A stretch of 64,000 nucleotides of DNA from an uncultured delta proteobacterium (GTDB lineage: Bacteria > Myxococcota_A > Polyangia > Polyangiales > Polyangiaceae). How positions within the stretch are numbered: the first letter of the stretch is position 1; each line of letters begins with the position of its first letter. The DNA lies in the NCBI GenBank assembly GCA_963696385.1, contig CAVOKF010000004.1:128001-192000 (forward strand), in the 5' to 3' direction. A program made the translations under genes and the position numbers. Shown here piece by piece: positions 20,998-31,430 of the stretch. The notes below the pieces were generated by a model. The model did no database searches, was not told the DNA's origin, and saw nothing but the letters and a program-made list of their open reading frames with translations.

Positions 20998-22926
20998 ATG
21001 GGCAAGATTATCGGCATCGACCTCGGCACGACCAATAGCGTTGTGGCGATCATGGAGGGGCGCGAGCCCAAGGTGATCGTCAACGAGGAGGGGGCACGCA
21101 CGACGCCTAGCGTGGTCGCTTGGGACGACAAGGGGGACGTGTTGGTCGGCCAAATCGCCAAGCGACAGGCAGTGACCAACCCCGAGAACACCATCTTCAG
21201 CGCCAAGCGCTTCATCGGCCGGCGCTTCGAAGAGGTGCAGGAAGAGTTGAAGCGCGTTCCCTACAAGGTCGTTCGCGCGAACAACGGCGATTGCGCCTTC
21301 GTCGTGCGGGGAAAAAACGCGAGCCCACCCGAGGTGAGCGCCCATGTCCTGATGAAACTCAAGAAGGCCGCGGAGGACTATCTCGGCGAGAAGGTGACCG
21401 ACGCCGTCATCACGGTCCCGGCTTATTTCAACGACGCTCAGAGGCAGGCCACGAAGGACGCGGGGCGTATCGCAGGACTCGAGGTCAAGCGCATCGTCAA
21501 CGAGCCGACGGCCGCCGCGCTCGCTTATGGCCTGGACAAGAAGAAGGACGAGGTCATTGCCGTCTACGATTTCGGCGGCGGCACGTTCGACATTTCGATT
21601 CTCGAAGTCGGCGACAACGTCGTGCAGGTCATCTCGACGAACGGCGACACGCACCTGGGTGGTGACGACGTCGACAACCTCATCATCGATTGGATGATCG
21701 CCGAGTTCAAAAAGGCCAATGGGGTTGATCTTCGCAACGACAAGATGGCTCTGCAGCGCCTCAAGGAGGCCGCCGAAAAGGCCAAAATCGAGTTGTCGAG
21801 CGTCCAGGAGACAAGCATCAACCTGCCGTACGTCACCGTCGGCGCCAGCGGGCCGATGCATCTCGATATGCGACTGTCGCGGGCCAAGCTCGAACAAATG
21901 ATCACGCCGCTCGTCGAGCGATCGATGGATCCGGTCCGCAAAGCGCTGGCCGATGCCAAGAAGAGCCCGAAGGAGATCGACGAGGTCGTGCTCGTCGGCG
22001 GTTCGACCCGAATTCCACTCGTTCAGGAGACCGTAAAGAAGTTCTTCGGCAAGGATCCCCACCGAGGCGTCAATCCCGACGAGGTGGTGGCGATCGGCGC
22101 CGCGGTGCAGGCGGGCGTGCTTTCGGGCGACGTGAAAGATCTCGTTCTGCTGGACGTCACTCCCCTGAGCCTCGGCGTCGAGACCTTGGGGGGAGTCATG
22201 ACGGTCATGATTCCGAGAAACACCACCATTCCGACGCAGAAGAAGGAAATTTTTTCGACGGCGACGGACAGCCAGCCCAGCGTCGAAATTCACGTGTTGC
22301 AAGGGGAGCGAACCGAGTCGCGCTACAACCGGACGCTCGGCAAGTTTCACCTCGAGGGCATCATGCCCGCGCCCCGCGGGGTGCCCAAGGTCGAAGTCAC
22401 GTTCGATATCGACGCGAATGGCATCTTGAGCGTCCACGCCAAAGACACGGCCACCGGCAAGGACCAGAAGATCACCATCACGGCAAACTCGGGGCTCAAC
22501 GAGAGCGAAATTCAGAAGATGGTGAAGGAGGCTCAGGAGCACGAGAGCGAGGACAAGGAGCGGCGCGAGCAGATCGAGCGCCGCAACCGGCTCGACAATC
22601 TCTGTTACACGCTGGAAAAAACGATCGGCGAAAACAAGGACAAACTCCAGGGCCAGGACGTAGCCACACTCGAAGCGCTCATCAAAGAAGGACGCGAGGC
22701 GGTCGAGAAGCAAGACGATGCCAAGGTGCAGGACGTGAGTGCGCGGCTCGAGAAAGAGGCCCATCGATTGGCCGGGGTCATGTACGGCGCGAGCGGCCCG
22801 CCTGCGGGGGGCGCGAACGGAGGTCCTGCACAGCCGCCGGGAGCGGATGGGGCGGCCGGTGGCGACAAGAAGGGCGGCAAGGAAGGTGGCGTGATCGACG
22901 CCGAGTTCGAAGAGACCGGAGGCTGA
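20998..22926 (+). CDS. dnaK: Molecular chaperone DnaK
   Basis: [35 protein letters not shown]-terminal IDAEFEE. Confidence 0.99.
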   Translation: MGKIIGIDLGTTNSVVAIMEGREPKVIVNEEGARTTPSVVAWDDKGDVLVGQIAKRQAVTNPENTIFSAKRFIGRRFEEVQEELKRVPYKVVRANNGDCAFVVRGKNASPPEVSAHVLMKLKKAAEDYLGEKVTDAVITVPAYFNDAQRQATKDAGRIAGLEVKRIVNEPTAAALAYGLDKKKDEVIAVYDFGGGTFDISILEVGDNVVQVISTNGDTHLGGDDVDNLIIDWMIAEFKKANGVDLRNDKMALQRLKEAAEKAKIELSSVQETSINLPYVTVGASGPMHLDMRLSRAKLEQMITPLVERSMDPVRKALADAKKSPKEIDEVVLVGGSTRIPLVQETVKKFFGKDPHRGVNPDEVVAIGAAVQAGVLSGDVKDLVLLDVTPLSLGVETLGGVMTVMIPRNTTIPTQKKEIFSTATDSQPSVEIHVLQGERTESRYNRTLGKFHLEGIMPAPRGVPKVEVTFDIDANGILSVHAKDTATGKDQKITITANSGLNESEIQKMVKEAQEHESEDKERREQIERRNRLDNLCYTLEKTIGENKDKLQGQDVATLEALIKEGREAVEKQDDAKVQDVSARLEKEAHRLAGVMYGASGPPAGGANGGPAQPPGADGAAGGDKKGGKEGGVIDAEFEETGG

Positions 22927-22952
22927 GAGCCAACGACTCCGTTGCCTAGAAG

Positions 22953-22993
22953 CGCCCGCAAATCCCGTCGGCTTTGCGGGCGGTTCGCGTTTT
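22953..22993 (+). terminator. Probable intrinsic terminator after dnaK
   Basis: CGCCCGCAAA-10 nt-TTTGCGGGCG stem followed by a T-rich tail. Confidence 0.55.
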
Positions 22994-23039
22994 GTACAAT
23001 GCCGGTGGCCTTGTCCGATGCTGCGTTAGCGAAGCCCTC

Positions 23040-23438
23040 GTGACGCCTGCTCGGTGGCATGGTTTCTATTGCCTCGCGCTTCTGGCGGCGCTCGTCCTCG
23101 TCCAGGGACGGGCAGAGGTCCGCCAGTGGGAGGGGGGGTACAGGCCGTTCGGTCCCGCTCCCGTGCGCGTCCCGTATTCGTGGGACATGTTCGCGATTCG
23201 AATCGACCGCTGCTCGATCCGGTGGGATCCTCCGATCGAGATCGCAGGCGCGCGCGTCTCGAGGTGGCATGATCGGACGTTTCCGCTCGAGTTCGACACC
23301 GTGTACGACCGGGCGCAGGCGTACGAGGGGGCAGCCCAGTTGGGCTGCGCCTTTCGTACGACGCCCAAGACCGTATTCAACCTGGTGTGCGTTCACGGCG
23401 ACGGTCTGATCGATGAGTCCAGTTTCGCTTGCCATTGA
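23040..23438 (+). CDS. Hypothetical membrane-anchored protein, partner of the HTTM gene
   Basis: N-terminal hydrophobic helix; PYSWDMFA motif; overlaps the downstream gene. Confidence 0.65.
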   Translation: MTPARWHGFYCLALLAALVLVQGRAEVRQWEGGYRPFGPAPVRVPYSWDMFAIRIDRCSIRWDPPIEIAGARVSRWHDRTFPLEFDTVYDRAQAYEGAAQLGCAFRTTPKTVFNLVCVHGDGLIDESSFACH

Positions 23439-24243
23439 TCGCATTTCCCGGTGGGTCGGCGCGGAGGACGAGGACCAGAGTGTCGCGACGTTCCGCCGAG
23501 TCTTTGCGGGTGTGTGGCTGCTCTACGACGCGATCGATCTTGCCTGGGGAACGACGGAGCGATCGCTCAGCTGGTTTCCGCATGCACGCGACTGGCGTCT
23601 GGCGACCCTGCAGGGGGTCCTGGTCGCCAGCGGGCTGATGCTCGTCGTCGGCAAGCGCATCTGGATCTTCGGCATGGCGGCCGCCGCCGCGAGGGCCACC
23701 GAAGCTCTCGCATGGTTTCCGCTGAACGATTTTTATTTCGGTTCGATCGTCTACGCCCTGATCGCCCATTCGGGCGGAGGTCCCTTCGCTGAGGGACGGC
23801 GTCCGAAGTGGGTTCACGATGCGCTTCTGGTCGAATTTGCGTGGGTGTACTTAGCCACTGGCGTTCTCAAATTGAATCGCGATTGGCTGAGCGGCGGACA
23901 TCTGTTCGTCCGCACTCAATATCTGGTGCAAAGTCAAAATTGGCCGTTCCCGCTGCCGGTCGAGCGCGCCCTGAGCTCGCTCTCGGTCGACGGCGTCCTG
24001 GCGACTTTGGGAGCCACGCTGGAAATCCTGCTTTCCGCTGTCCTGCTCGCGCGGCGTCCATATCGGCTGGGGGTCACACTGGCCGTCGTCATCCACGGCG
24101 CGGGCGCACTGATCACGAACGTCTGGTTTTTTTCCGCGTCGATGATCGCCGGTGTCGCGTTGCTTCTACCTCGATCGCGTCGCGCAAAGTCGCGGACCGA
24201 CTCGGGACTCCGCCCGCCCCCACGCACGGCTGGCGACCCATGA
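23413..24243 (+). CDS. HTTM-domain membrane protein (vitamin K-dependent gamma-carboxylase/SdpB-like)
   Basis: Multi-TM; VATFRRVF, VYLATGVLKLNRDWLSG, IH..GALITNVWFFS. Confidence 0.78.
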   Translation: MSPVSLAIDRISRWVGAEDEDQSVATFRRVFAGVWLLYDAIDLAWGTTERSLSWFPHARDWRLATLQGVLVASGLMLVVGKRIWIFGMAAAAARATEALAWFPLNDFYFGSIVYALIAHSGGGPFAEGRRPKWVHDALLVEFAWVYLATGVLKLNRDWLSGGHLFVRTQYLVQSQNWPFPLPVERALSSLSVDGVLATLGATLEILLSAVLLARRPYRLGVTLAVVIHGAGALITNVWFFSASMIAGVALLLPRSRRAKSRTDSGLRPPPRTAGDP

Positions 24244-24619
24244 GGTCCGCGACAAAGAGAGGTTTGCGGCAAAGAAGCCCAGCAAGTTTGCCGCGCGGTC
24301 GCATGGCAAAGGGCAGTGCGGGATACTTGCTGCGGGCACGCGACGGGCCCAAGGGCGGTCATGGTGATATCGGTCTCGTGGGAATCGCTTTCCTCGGCGC
24401 GCCGACATGGTTCTTGGAGCGTTGAGTGGGCAAGGAAGGAGCCGCGCCCGGCCCGACGCTGACCATCGGGAGCTCGACGGCCCCGGGGCCGGTCTCGGCT
24501 CGCGCAATAGCTACCGCGACCAGTGCATTGCGCCCGCGCATCGCCTTCCGCTCATGTGAGCGACCGATACAGCTTTCCGAATCGCCACCGCGTGCGGTAC
24601 AAGCATTCCGAACGCATCT

Positions 24620-24693
24620 GCGCCACTAGCTCAGCTGGATAGAGCGACGGCCTCCGGAGCCGTAGGTCGCAGGTTCGACTCCTGCGTGGCGCG
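24620..24693 (+). tRNA. tRNA-Arg(CCG)
   Basis: GCGCCAC/GTGGCGC acceptor stem, AGCTCAGCTGGATAGAGC D-arm, ACGGC-CTCCGGA-GCCGT anticodon arm, GGTTCGACTCC; CCA not encoded. Confidence 0.97.
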
Positions 24694-24747
24694 CCTTAGA
24701 AATCATTGAGGATTTGTGGTGGCGCTTACTGCGGCCCGCAGTAAGAC

Positions 24748-25236
24748 CTACGTGTCCTGGCTACATGGCGGGTTCGCCTCAGGATCGTTCAGAAATTCGG
24801 TACGCGCAAGACTTGCAGCCGAGCGCGACTTGGTAAAGAACGGGCAGGTGTTCGCAGCAGTGACTCCCGTGATGTCTCGGACACCGAGGGGATGCAAGTA
24901 CTCGACAAATGGAGGCCACGACCTGGCCGCGTCCGCAGTCATCTGCAACGCCTTGGTGGCGGTCCCGACCGTCAGGGGTGACGAGTTGACACGATGAAAC
25001 CATTCTGGATACGCCATGCTCATGCCCATGATCGCGGATAAGAGTTTCTCGTCCATGTGCCCGGAGACCAAAGGCGTACGGTTGGGCGCAATGCCTGGAC
25101 CGTACATGTAAGCCGAAATGCCAAACCCCCTGTCGAGCGTCGGCGCAGCTTGCCCCAGCAACCTGCCTAACCACGTGCGCGTGTCCGACTCGCAGTCGTA
25201 AGCGGCCTCGACGATTGAAATAGCGTCTGGTTTCAC
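24748..25236 (-). pseudogene. Truncated LuxR-type regulator (N-terminal sensor part only)
   Basis: MKPDAISIVEAAYD..W N-terminus resembles myxobacterial LuxR-HTH proteins; no C-terminal HTH before the stop. Confidence 0.5.
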
Positions 25237-25723
25237 GCGCTCGCTCCCGGGAGCAAGAACGAGCCCCCCGTGCGCAGGCTACGGATTTCGGCGCGTCTGG
25301 CTATAGTCATTTGTTCACATCGATTGGCGTCGTGGCCACGAAAACACATGGAGAACCCAGCGCTTGACGACAAGGGGCGGGACTTGGCGGGACCGTTCGG
25401 CCGGATGTTGGCCGCGGAGAGCGCCGATAATGGCGCCCCATCGAGTGTTTGGACATCAAGTGGGGCGCAGCTCGTGTCGTGCCCTATTCGTAATCGCTGA
25501 GAAATACGGCAAAAAGCCGCTGCCGGTCCGTGGTAGCGAGCTGACTGAATGCGTTTTTGCACTCGTCCGTGTTTGCAGTCAGGTACGGTGCCTGGAGGCA
25601 TCGTTGAACATCCTCCGGCTGCTGGGCGCACACCGCAACGAAAGTGGCCCGCGGAGGAGGCGGCGCCAAGAACGTCACATTGGGATAGAGGGACCGAAAC
25701 GGACGGATCAGAGGGCCAAGCTG

Positions 25724-26207
25724 CTAAGCGAGCTCGCACACGGGCAACGCCGGTGCCTGCTTCCGCAGGTCGATCACCTCTTTCGGTTGCTGAGTCGGCA
25801 GTGCGTGTGAATCGGAAGGCGCAATCGCGGTCCCCGGCGGAATCAATTCGATGACATCGGCACTGATGGTCAGCACGAAGGTGCAATAGAAGCCCAGATA
25901 CGAAGTAATGGTGTGGTCCTCGCGCAGGTCTTCAAGCACTTCGTTTGTCTTGAGTGCCGCGCTTTTATGAAGTGCGTCCATGGCCTCCTTGTACGGAGCC
26001 TCCCCGCCGCTAACGGGAATCACGCACAGGATCGCCCCGGTCGATGCGGACCCGGCCGCGGTTCGCATGAAGCGTACCGCACCCACCTCTTGCCGATACT
26101 GGTGCTGATTTGCGGTCGCGGCGTCGCGTAGAAATCCGGCGCTTGTTCCGCATCCAGCAGCGGCCAGGCCACCGAGCACCACGCCACAGCGTGGCGATGT
26201 GGGTCAT
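25724..26207 (-). pseudogene. Putative lipoprotein, apparently frameshifted in its signal peptide
   Basis: GAGGA RBS and ATG (MTHIATL) are out of frame with VVLGGLAAAGC (lipobox) and the rest of the ORF. Confidence 0.45.
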
Positions 26208-26531
26208 CCGCGGTCCTCGGGTGCGGACCAGCCGACGGCGGCGGTCGGCGTGTCGTCCGTGAGCCTTCCGCTGGGATCCGGCGCTCGCGCGGTCACAGCA
26301 CGCGTGATCGCTGTCGCCCCGGTGGCGGCTACGCTGCCGTATTCTAGCCCCCCATTGCATTGCCGTCGCCGAGTGTAGTGCCTGCAGCCGCTGCGATGCT
26401 ACACCATGTAGCTGGGATCGGGAGTGCGGCTGGCGGCGCCTGGCGGTGCAGGGAACGACCACGTTGATGGAGACGTTTACGGTGATGGATGCGTCGTCAT
26501 CCCGTGCGAATAGAGTCGCAGCCGGATATTC

Positions 26532-27107
26532 GTGCCCCGCGCGCTACATCCCTTGGCGCGATACCGCCGTCTCGTTCCTGGAAACTCGGCCGCTCTTCCA
26601 GATCCCGTGACCGACGAAGAGTCCCCCCGAATTCTGGAAAATGACGCCGATCACGTGGTCGCGGCGTGGCGCCGAGTCGCGATCGTCGTTTGGCTCGGCG
26701 AGACGAGACCGGACGCCATCGAGCGGCTGGGCCGCGCACTCCTTGCGCTGCAAGGCGCCTCGGGCCACTCGGCGGGGCTGTTCACGGTCGTCGGCGACAG
26801 GGCTCGACTGCCATCCGGCGAGGCACGCGCGCTGAGCGCGACGTGGCTGCGAAAGCTGCCGCTCGCGTTTTCTGTCGTGACTTTCGAAGGCGCCGGTTTC
26901 CGAGCCGCGGCGGTCCGCGCCGTCGTTGCGAGCGTTTCGTTCGCTGCGAAGCTCACGTATCCCCGGAAATCCTTCGCCTGCGTCCACGATGCGGCAGCCT
27001 GGGTCGGGGAGAGCACAAGCAGGGAGGGTGAGGCCTCGGTGCCCGCCGAGGCTCTTGTTGCCGCTGTGCACGCTGTACAGGGCGCCCAACAAGCGCGCCA
27101 CGGCTAA
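26532..27107 (+). CDS. Hypothetical protein (myxobacterial alpha/beta family)
   Basis: Host-like codon usage; WRRVAIVVW and FEGAGFRAAAVRAV motifs. Confidence 0.6.
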   Translation: MPRALHPLARYRRLVPGNSAALPDPVTDEESPRILENDADHVVAAWRRVAIVVWLGETRPDAIERLGRALLALQGASGHSAGLFTVVGDRARLPSGEARALSATWLRKLPLAFSVVTFEGAGFRAAAVRAVVASVSFAAKLTYPRKSFACVHDAAAWVGESTSREGEASVPAEALVAAVHAVQGAQQARHG

Positions 27108-27121
27108 TAGGCGGCCGAGCC

Positions 27122-27241
27122 CAGGAGGCGACCGAGTGGATCGAACAGTCCCGCCGCTTCTGGGAGGAGAGCTTCGACCGCCTCGACGAGTGCATCCAGG
27201 AGAAGAGGAAGAAGGAGAAGAAACATGCTCGCAGGAAATAG
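27122..27241 (+). pseudogene. C-terminal remnant of an ArsR-family regulator
   Basis: EATEWIEQSRRFWEESFDRLDE tail typical of ArsR genes that precede SRPBCC genes; no 5' part. Confidence 0.7.
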
Positions 27242-27398
27242 TCTCGCCGCCGGCGCATCGGATCGCGAGATCGTGACGACGCGCGTGTTCGACGCACCCC
27301 TGGATCTCCTCTTCGAGGCGGGGACTTGTCCCGAGCAGCTCGACGCGTGGTGGGGACCGAAGGGCTTCACGACGACCCCGCACGTCAGGGGTTCGTGA
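27225..27398 (+). pseudogene. Truncated SRPBCC/AHSA1 domain protein
   Basis: REIVTTRVFDAPLDLLFEA...WWGPKGFT, then a stop after only 57 aa. Confidence 0.75.
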
Positions 27399-28063
27399 TG
27401 GGAAAGCTCGGCGTCCGTTGCTTCAGCGTGTCTCTCGACGGCTTCGGGGCGGGATCCGACCAGGATCTCCGCAACCCGCTGGGCGTCGGCGGCATGGCGC
27501 TTCACGACTGGTTGTTCTCCACGCGCACCTTTCAGAAGGTCCACGGCACCGGAGGCGGTACGACGGGCATCGACGACGACTTCGCCGCGCGCGGATTCGC
27601 AGGCGTCGGCGCCTGGATACTCGGGCGGAATATGTTCGGGCCGATTCGTGGCCCTTGGCCGGATGAGGCGTGGATAGGGTGGTGGGGCGACACCCCGCCG
27701 TACCACACCCCCGTCTTCGTGCTCACGCACCATGCGCGACCATCCATCACGATGGACGGCGGCACCACGTTTCACTTCGTCACCGAAGGCATCCGCGAAG
27801 CGCTTGCGCGTGCCCGCGATGCAGCCAAGGAGCAAGACGTGCGGCTCGGCGGCGGCGTCGCTACGGTCCGGCAGTACCTGGAGGCGGGCTTCGTGGACGA
27901 GATGCACCTCGCCATTGCGCCTGTCTTGCTTGGAACCGGCGAGAGCTTGCTCTCGGGGATCGACTTGGTCCGGTTGGGCTATCGAGTCTCCGAACACGTC
28001 GCGGCGCCGAAGGCCACGCATGTCGTGTTGACAAGGGAGGCTACGAGAAAGCCGTCACCGTAA
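27398..28063 (+). CDS. Dihydrofolate reductase family (RibD C-terminal domain) protein
   Basis: FSVSLDGF, ILGRNMF, PVFVLTH, GGVAT, VDEMHL..APVLLG.GE. Confidence 0.92.
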   Translation: MGKLGVRCFSVSLDGFGAGSDQDLRNPLGVGGMALHDWLFSTRTFQKVHGTGGGTTGIDDDFAARGFAGVGAWILGRNMFGPIRGPWPDEAWIGWWGDTPPYHTPVFVLTHHARPSITMDGGTTFHFVTEGIREALARARDAAKEQDVRLGGGVATVRQYLEAGFVDEMHLAIAPVLLGTGESLLSGIDLVRLGYRVSEHVAAPKATHVVLTREATRKPSP

Positions 28064-28099
28064 CGACTTTCGCCGAGCGCGCGCTATAGTTGTCCCGTC

Positions 28100-28324
28100 G
28101 TGCCGCTCTACGAATACGCCTGCAAGAACTGCTCGACCACCTTCGAGGAGCTATCCTCGCGCCTGACGGACGATGCCAAGTGCCCGAAGTGCGGGACCGC
28201 CGAGACCGAGCGCATCCTGTTCTCCCGCGTGGCCGTCGGCGGGCCATCCCGAGCGGAGGCAGTTCCGGCGCCGTGCGGTCGTTGCGGCGATCCTCGCGGA
28301 CCTGGCGCGTGCGGGATGAACTGA
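28100..28324 (+). CDS. FmdB family zinc-ribbon regulatory protein
   Basis: MPLYEYACKNC..FE...CPKCG. Confidence 0.88.
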   Translation: MPLYEYACKNCSTTFEELSSRLTDDAKCPKCGTAETERILFSRVAVGGPSRAEAVPAPCGRCGDPRGPGACGMN

Positions 28325-28616
28325 TCACCAACGGTTACCGACGCCTCCCCTCCGCCATCCGCGCCTTGAGCAGCTTCACGAGTTTCCGCGCGCCCCCGCC
28401 CGTCAATCCATTGGCAAAAAGCGAGATCGGTTGGAGACGGAGGTCAGATACGTGGCTCCTCGATCCGACTGCTGAAGGGGCGCCGCGGCCCCTCCGAACC
28501 AAGGTGAACGGAGCTTAGCGACAGTTGGCGCAATATGCTATACATTTGTCCAGTATACGCTGCCGTCCCACGCTCGAGCAAGCTTGCACTAATAGAAGGC
28601 GTGGCTAATGTAGAGA

Positions 28617-28763
28617 GTGCCGCGAGTGTGCTCATTCGATGGACTGTCGATCTGGCTCCACTACAAGGACCACCAGCCTCCGCATTTTCACGCGAAATAT
28701 GGGGCGACTGACGGCGCTTCCGAAGTCCAACGAACCGCTCGGCCCGCGCGCCGACCTAGGTGA
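28617..28763 (+). pseudogene. Shortened DUF4160-family protein
   Basis: Hand translation MPRVCSFDGLSIWLHYKDHQPPHFHAKYG; 48 aa, with the C-terminal half apparently lost. Confidence 0.75.
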
Positions 28764-28767
28764 CGTC

Positions 28768-29253
28768 ATGATCAAGGTGACCTTCGTTGAGCCCGCGGGC
28801 CCGTCCAAGCTGCTCCTCGGCTTTTCGGACGGAAGCCGCGGCGTCGTCGATCTCGCTAGCCATCTCGATGGGCCGATCTTCGAAGCGCTCCGCAGTCCGA
28901 CCTTCTTCGCGCAGGCGAAGATGGAAGAGGGCACGGTGGTGTGGCCAAACGGCGCCGACTACGCCCCCGAGTTTCTTCACGCGCTCGCCAACGGGTTCCC
29001 ACCGCCGGCAAGCGGCGAAGATGCGAAAGCGATCGAGCGAGAAGTGAGCCTCCGAGAGATCCGCCGCAGCGTGGGCCTTCGCCAGGAGGACGTCGCTGCC
29101 GCCCTGAAAGTCTCGCAATCCGAGCTCTCCCAGTTCGAGGGAAGAGACGATCGGCTCGTGTCGACGCTGAAGCGCTACGCGGTAGCGCTGGGGGGACGTC
29201 TCGAGGTCGCCATCGTCATCGACGGGACACGGCATCCAGTCGGCGGGATGTGA
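28768..29253 (+). CDS. DUF2442 domain fused to an XRE/HTH domain (antitoxin-like)
   Basis: LGFSDG..GVVDL...[16 protein letters not shown], then [40 protein letters not shown]. Confidence 0.82.
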   Translation: MIKVTFVEPAGPSKLLLGFSDGSRGVVDLASHLDGPIFEALRSPTFFAQAKMEEGTVVWPNGADYAPEFLHALANGFPPPASGEDAKAIEREVSLREIRRSVGLRQEDVAAALKVSQSELSQFEGRDDRLVSTLKRYAVALGGRLEVAIVIDGTRHPVGGM

Positions 29254-29629
29254 ACCCGGCTCGCGTCCCCCGAACCGAGCTGACCCGGCTCGGCGAAGCC
29301 AGCGTCATCTACACATTTGTTCGCATGTACATCGCTCCGCTCGGAGGGGGAGCGAGCGCAGATCGAGTCCTGCCCGGCGTGCCCGCGAAATTCTTGGGGA
29401 CTCAGCCTCCCGATTCGTGCGCCCGCACCCAGACGCGCCCCAAAATCCGCACCAAACGGCTCTCGGAGCCAGACGGGCCGTTGAAGGCCGAAAATGACGC
29501 GCCCGGAGAGACCGTGGCCTCGGTGATCGACGACGACATCGCAACGGGTTCGAGCGAAAGACGAACACCCGGTGGACCCAGGGGTGGCGGTTGAGCGAGG
29601 GCGGGTGCAGGAAGACGACCGGCATGCCC

Positions 29630-30110
29630 TGCCTCCAACGTGAAGAGCGCGTGGATGGCGCGCGACCACGAGAGCACCATCACGAAACAGGACAATGGAC
29701 GGCGCGCTCGGCCCGTGCCCACCCATCCGAAGCAGCCCCAGTCGGCCTGTGCTTGCTCGCCCGCCATCACGCGCAGCCGCAGGTACGCTTCCTCCGTTCG
29801 CGCTGGCCGCATGCGGCGCACCACCCTCCGCAGTTGCACCTGCGAGCCAGTGTACCCACGTGGACGCAGCATCTCGAAGAGGCGCGTCGAGCGAAGCCGC
29901 GGATACGTCGCCAGCGTCTCCCGGATGAAGGGCAGGAACGCATCGACCTTCGTCGGCCGCGGTCGCGCCAGATGCGCCAAGAAGCGCTCCGCCTCGCTCA
30001 CGCCTCACCGTGTCGGGGTGGACCGACAGCGCCGACGCGATCGTACCGACCTTCCAGTGCTCGGCGTAAAAGAGTCGACGGATCTCCGCCCGCTGCTCGG
30101 CCGAGATCAT
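29630..30110 (-). pseudogene. istA: IS21 family transposase IstA, frameshifted near 30000 and truncated
   Basis: [24 protein letters not shown], then in another frame [32 protein letters not shown]. Confidence 0.85.
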
Positions 30111-30526
30111 CGCGTCGCCCCCTCGGCGTACCCCTCAAAGCCGGCGACGCATCGCGCGGCTCGGCCACCAGCGCACGAATCGGCTCGCTCGGCCGCACAC
30201 GATGCACCGCTGCGCTGCACGCAGGTGCAGCGACTCGCCCTCGTTGTTCCCATCGGCGGTCTCCTTGGACGCGACGGTGCGCTCCGGGCCTGCGGGCGGG
30301 AACCTTGATCCGTCACGCCGCCGCGACGGCGAGCGCGCAGCTCACGCATGGCGGCCCGATGATCCGCTCGCCCCTCCGGGCTGCGCTGGTGACGGGCACG
30401 GGCCTCGCGCCGGCTCCGGGCGCGGCCGCGCGACCGGCATGCCTCACCGCAGTACGCGTGACCTCGATCGCAGCAACGGCAGATGAAGAAGACGGTTCCG
30501 CACCACGCGCACGGACGCATCCGCAA
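30107..30526 (-). CDS. Cys/Arg-rich putative zinc-binding protein coupled to istA
   Basis: [27 protein letters not shown] overlap with istA. Confidence 0.7.
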   Translation of the reverse strand: MRMRPCAWCGTVFFICRCCDRGHAYCGEACRSRGRARSRREARARHQRSPEGRADHRAAMRELRARRRGGVTDQGSRPQARSAPSRPRRPPMGTTRASRCTCVQRSGASCAAERADSCAGGRAARCVAGFEGYAEGATR

Positions 30527-30580
30527 CGCGTCTTGGTCGTCTCGGGAAGGATGTCGCCGAACGAGCTCGATTCGAGATCG

Positions 30581-31105
30581 TTACTGCGGATCGCGAAGCA
30601 GTGCGGGCGCCGGCCGATCCGGATCGAGCCGACGGATCGCCTTGACCAGGCGCGCGCGGCAACAGTCGCAGTAGTGGCCCTCGCCTAGCTCGTCCATCAG
30701 CATCACCGCCCGGCGGTACTGTTCTGCCGCGACGTCGCCCGAACCTCTCGCCTCGTGCACCTGACCGAGCCGCTCGATTGCCAGAGGCTCGTGGGGATAT
30801 TCCGACTCGAGCTGGCGAGCTGTCGCCTCGGCCTCGTCGTACTGCCCGGCGTCGATCTGTTCGAGCACCCGCTCGGCGAGCCCGTCGACTTCATCCAACG
30901 CCCGCGACTCCTGCAAAACCTCCCGCGCCCGCTCCAGCACCGCCGCGGCGACCGTGGGCCCTCCGTCCACTTCCGCAGCCTGTCGCTCGTTCTCCGCTCT
31001 TAGCCGTTCTGCCCGCTCCTCAGCCTCCACTCGTTCGAGACAGCATCGCTTGAACTTCTTGCCGCTGCCGCACGGGCACGGATCGTTGCGTCCGACCTTG
31101 GCCAT
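30581..31105 (-). CDS. SEC-C motif plus TPR-like protein
   Basis: [40 protein letters not shown]-terminal CDCC. Confidence 0.88.
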   Translation of the reverse strand: MAKVGRNDPCPCGSGKKFKRCCLERVEAEERAERLRAENERQAAEVDGGPTVAAAVLERAREVLQESRALDEVDGLAERVLEQIDAGQYDEAEATARQLESEYPHEPLAIERLGQVHEARGSGDVAAEQYRRAVMLMDELGEGHYCDCCRARLVKAIRRLDPDRPAPALLRDPQ

Positions 31106-31249
31106 CGCCCGGTGCTCCTACCCGATCTCCAACCGGGCTGCACTGGCCGGCAATTCGTTCACGTTCCGCCACTTCTTCGTGAGCGCCGACACCCCGCACC
31201 TTGACACGTTCGTCCGCGGCGACCGATGCCCAGAGTGCGTCGGGGACGA

Positions 31250-31430
31250 TACCGCGGAAGCGACGGCGCTGGAGCTCGTCGGCTATGCCGATCAGTGCGG
31301 CGGCCTCGACAACGTCGCCTCGGTGCTGGCCGAGTTGGTCGAATCGCTTGATGCCGAGAAACCTCCTCGCTGCAGCGCAGCTTTGTCCGACCTCCTGGGT
31401 GCAGCGCCTCGGCTACCTGCTCGCACGAGG
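31250..31430 (+). pseudogene. Type IV TA antitoxin AbiEi-like remnant
   Basis: EATALELVGY...GGLDNVASVLAEL, frameshift, then WVQRLGYLL; begins just outside the IS21 end. Confidence 0.68.

Larger units (their letters stand above)
29630..31191 (-). mobile_element. IS21-family element relic with passenger genes
   Basis: TGTCGGCGCTCACG terminus at 31191, then SEC-C gene, Cys-rich gene and broken istA on the same strand; istB not seen. Confidence 0.65.

Noticed and set aside
29250..29300. Short repeated ACCCGGCTCG units
   Set aside because: Only two copies, no spacer array and no cas genes; not CRISPR
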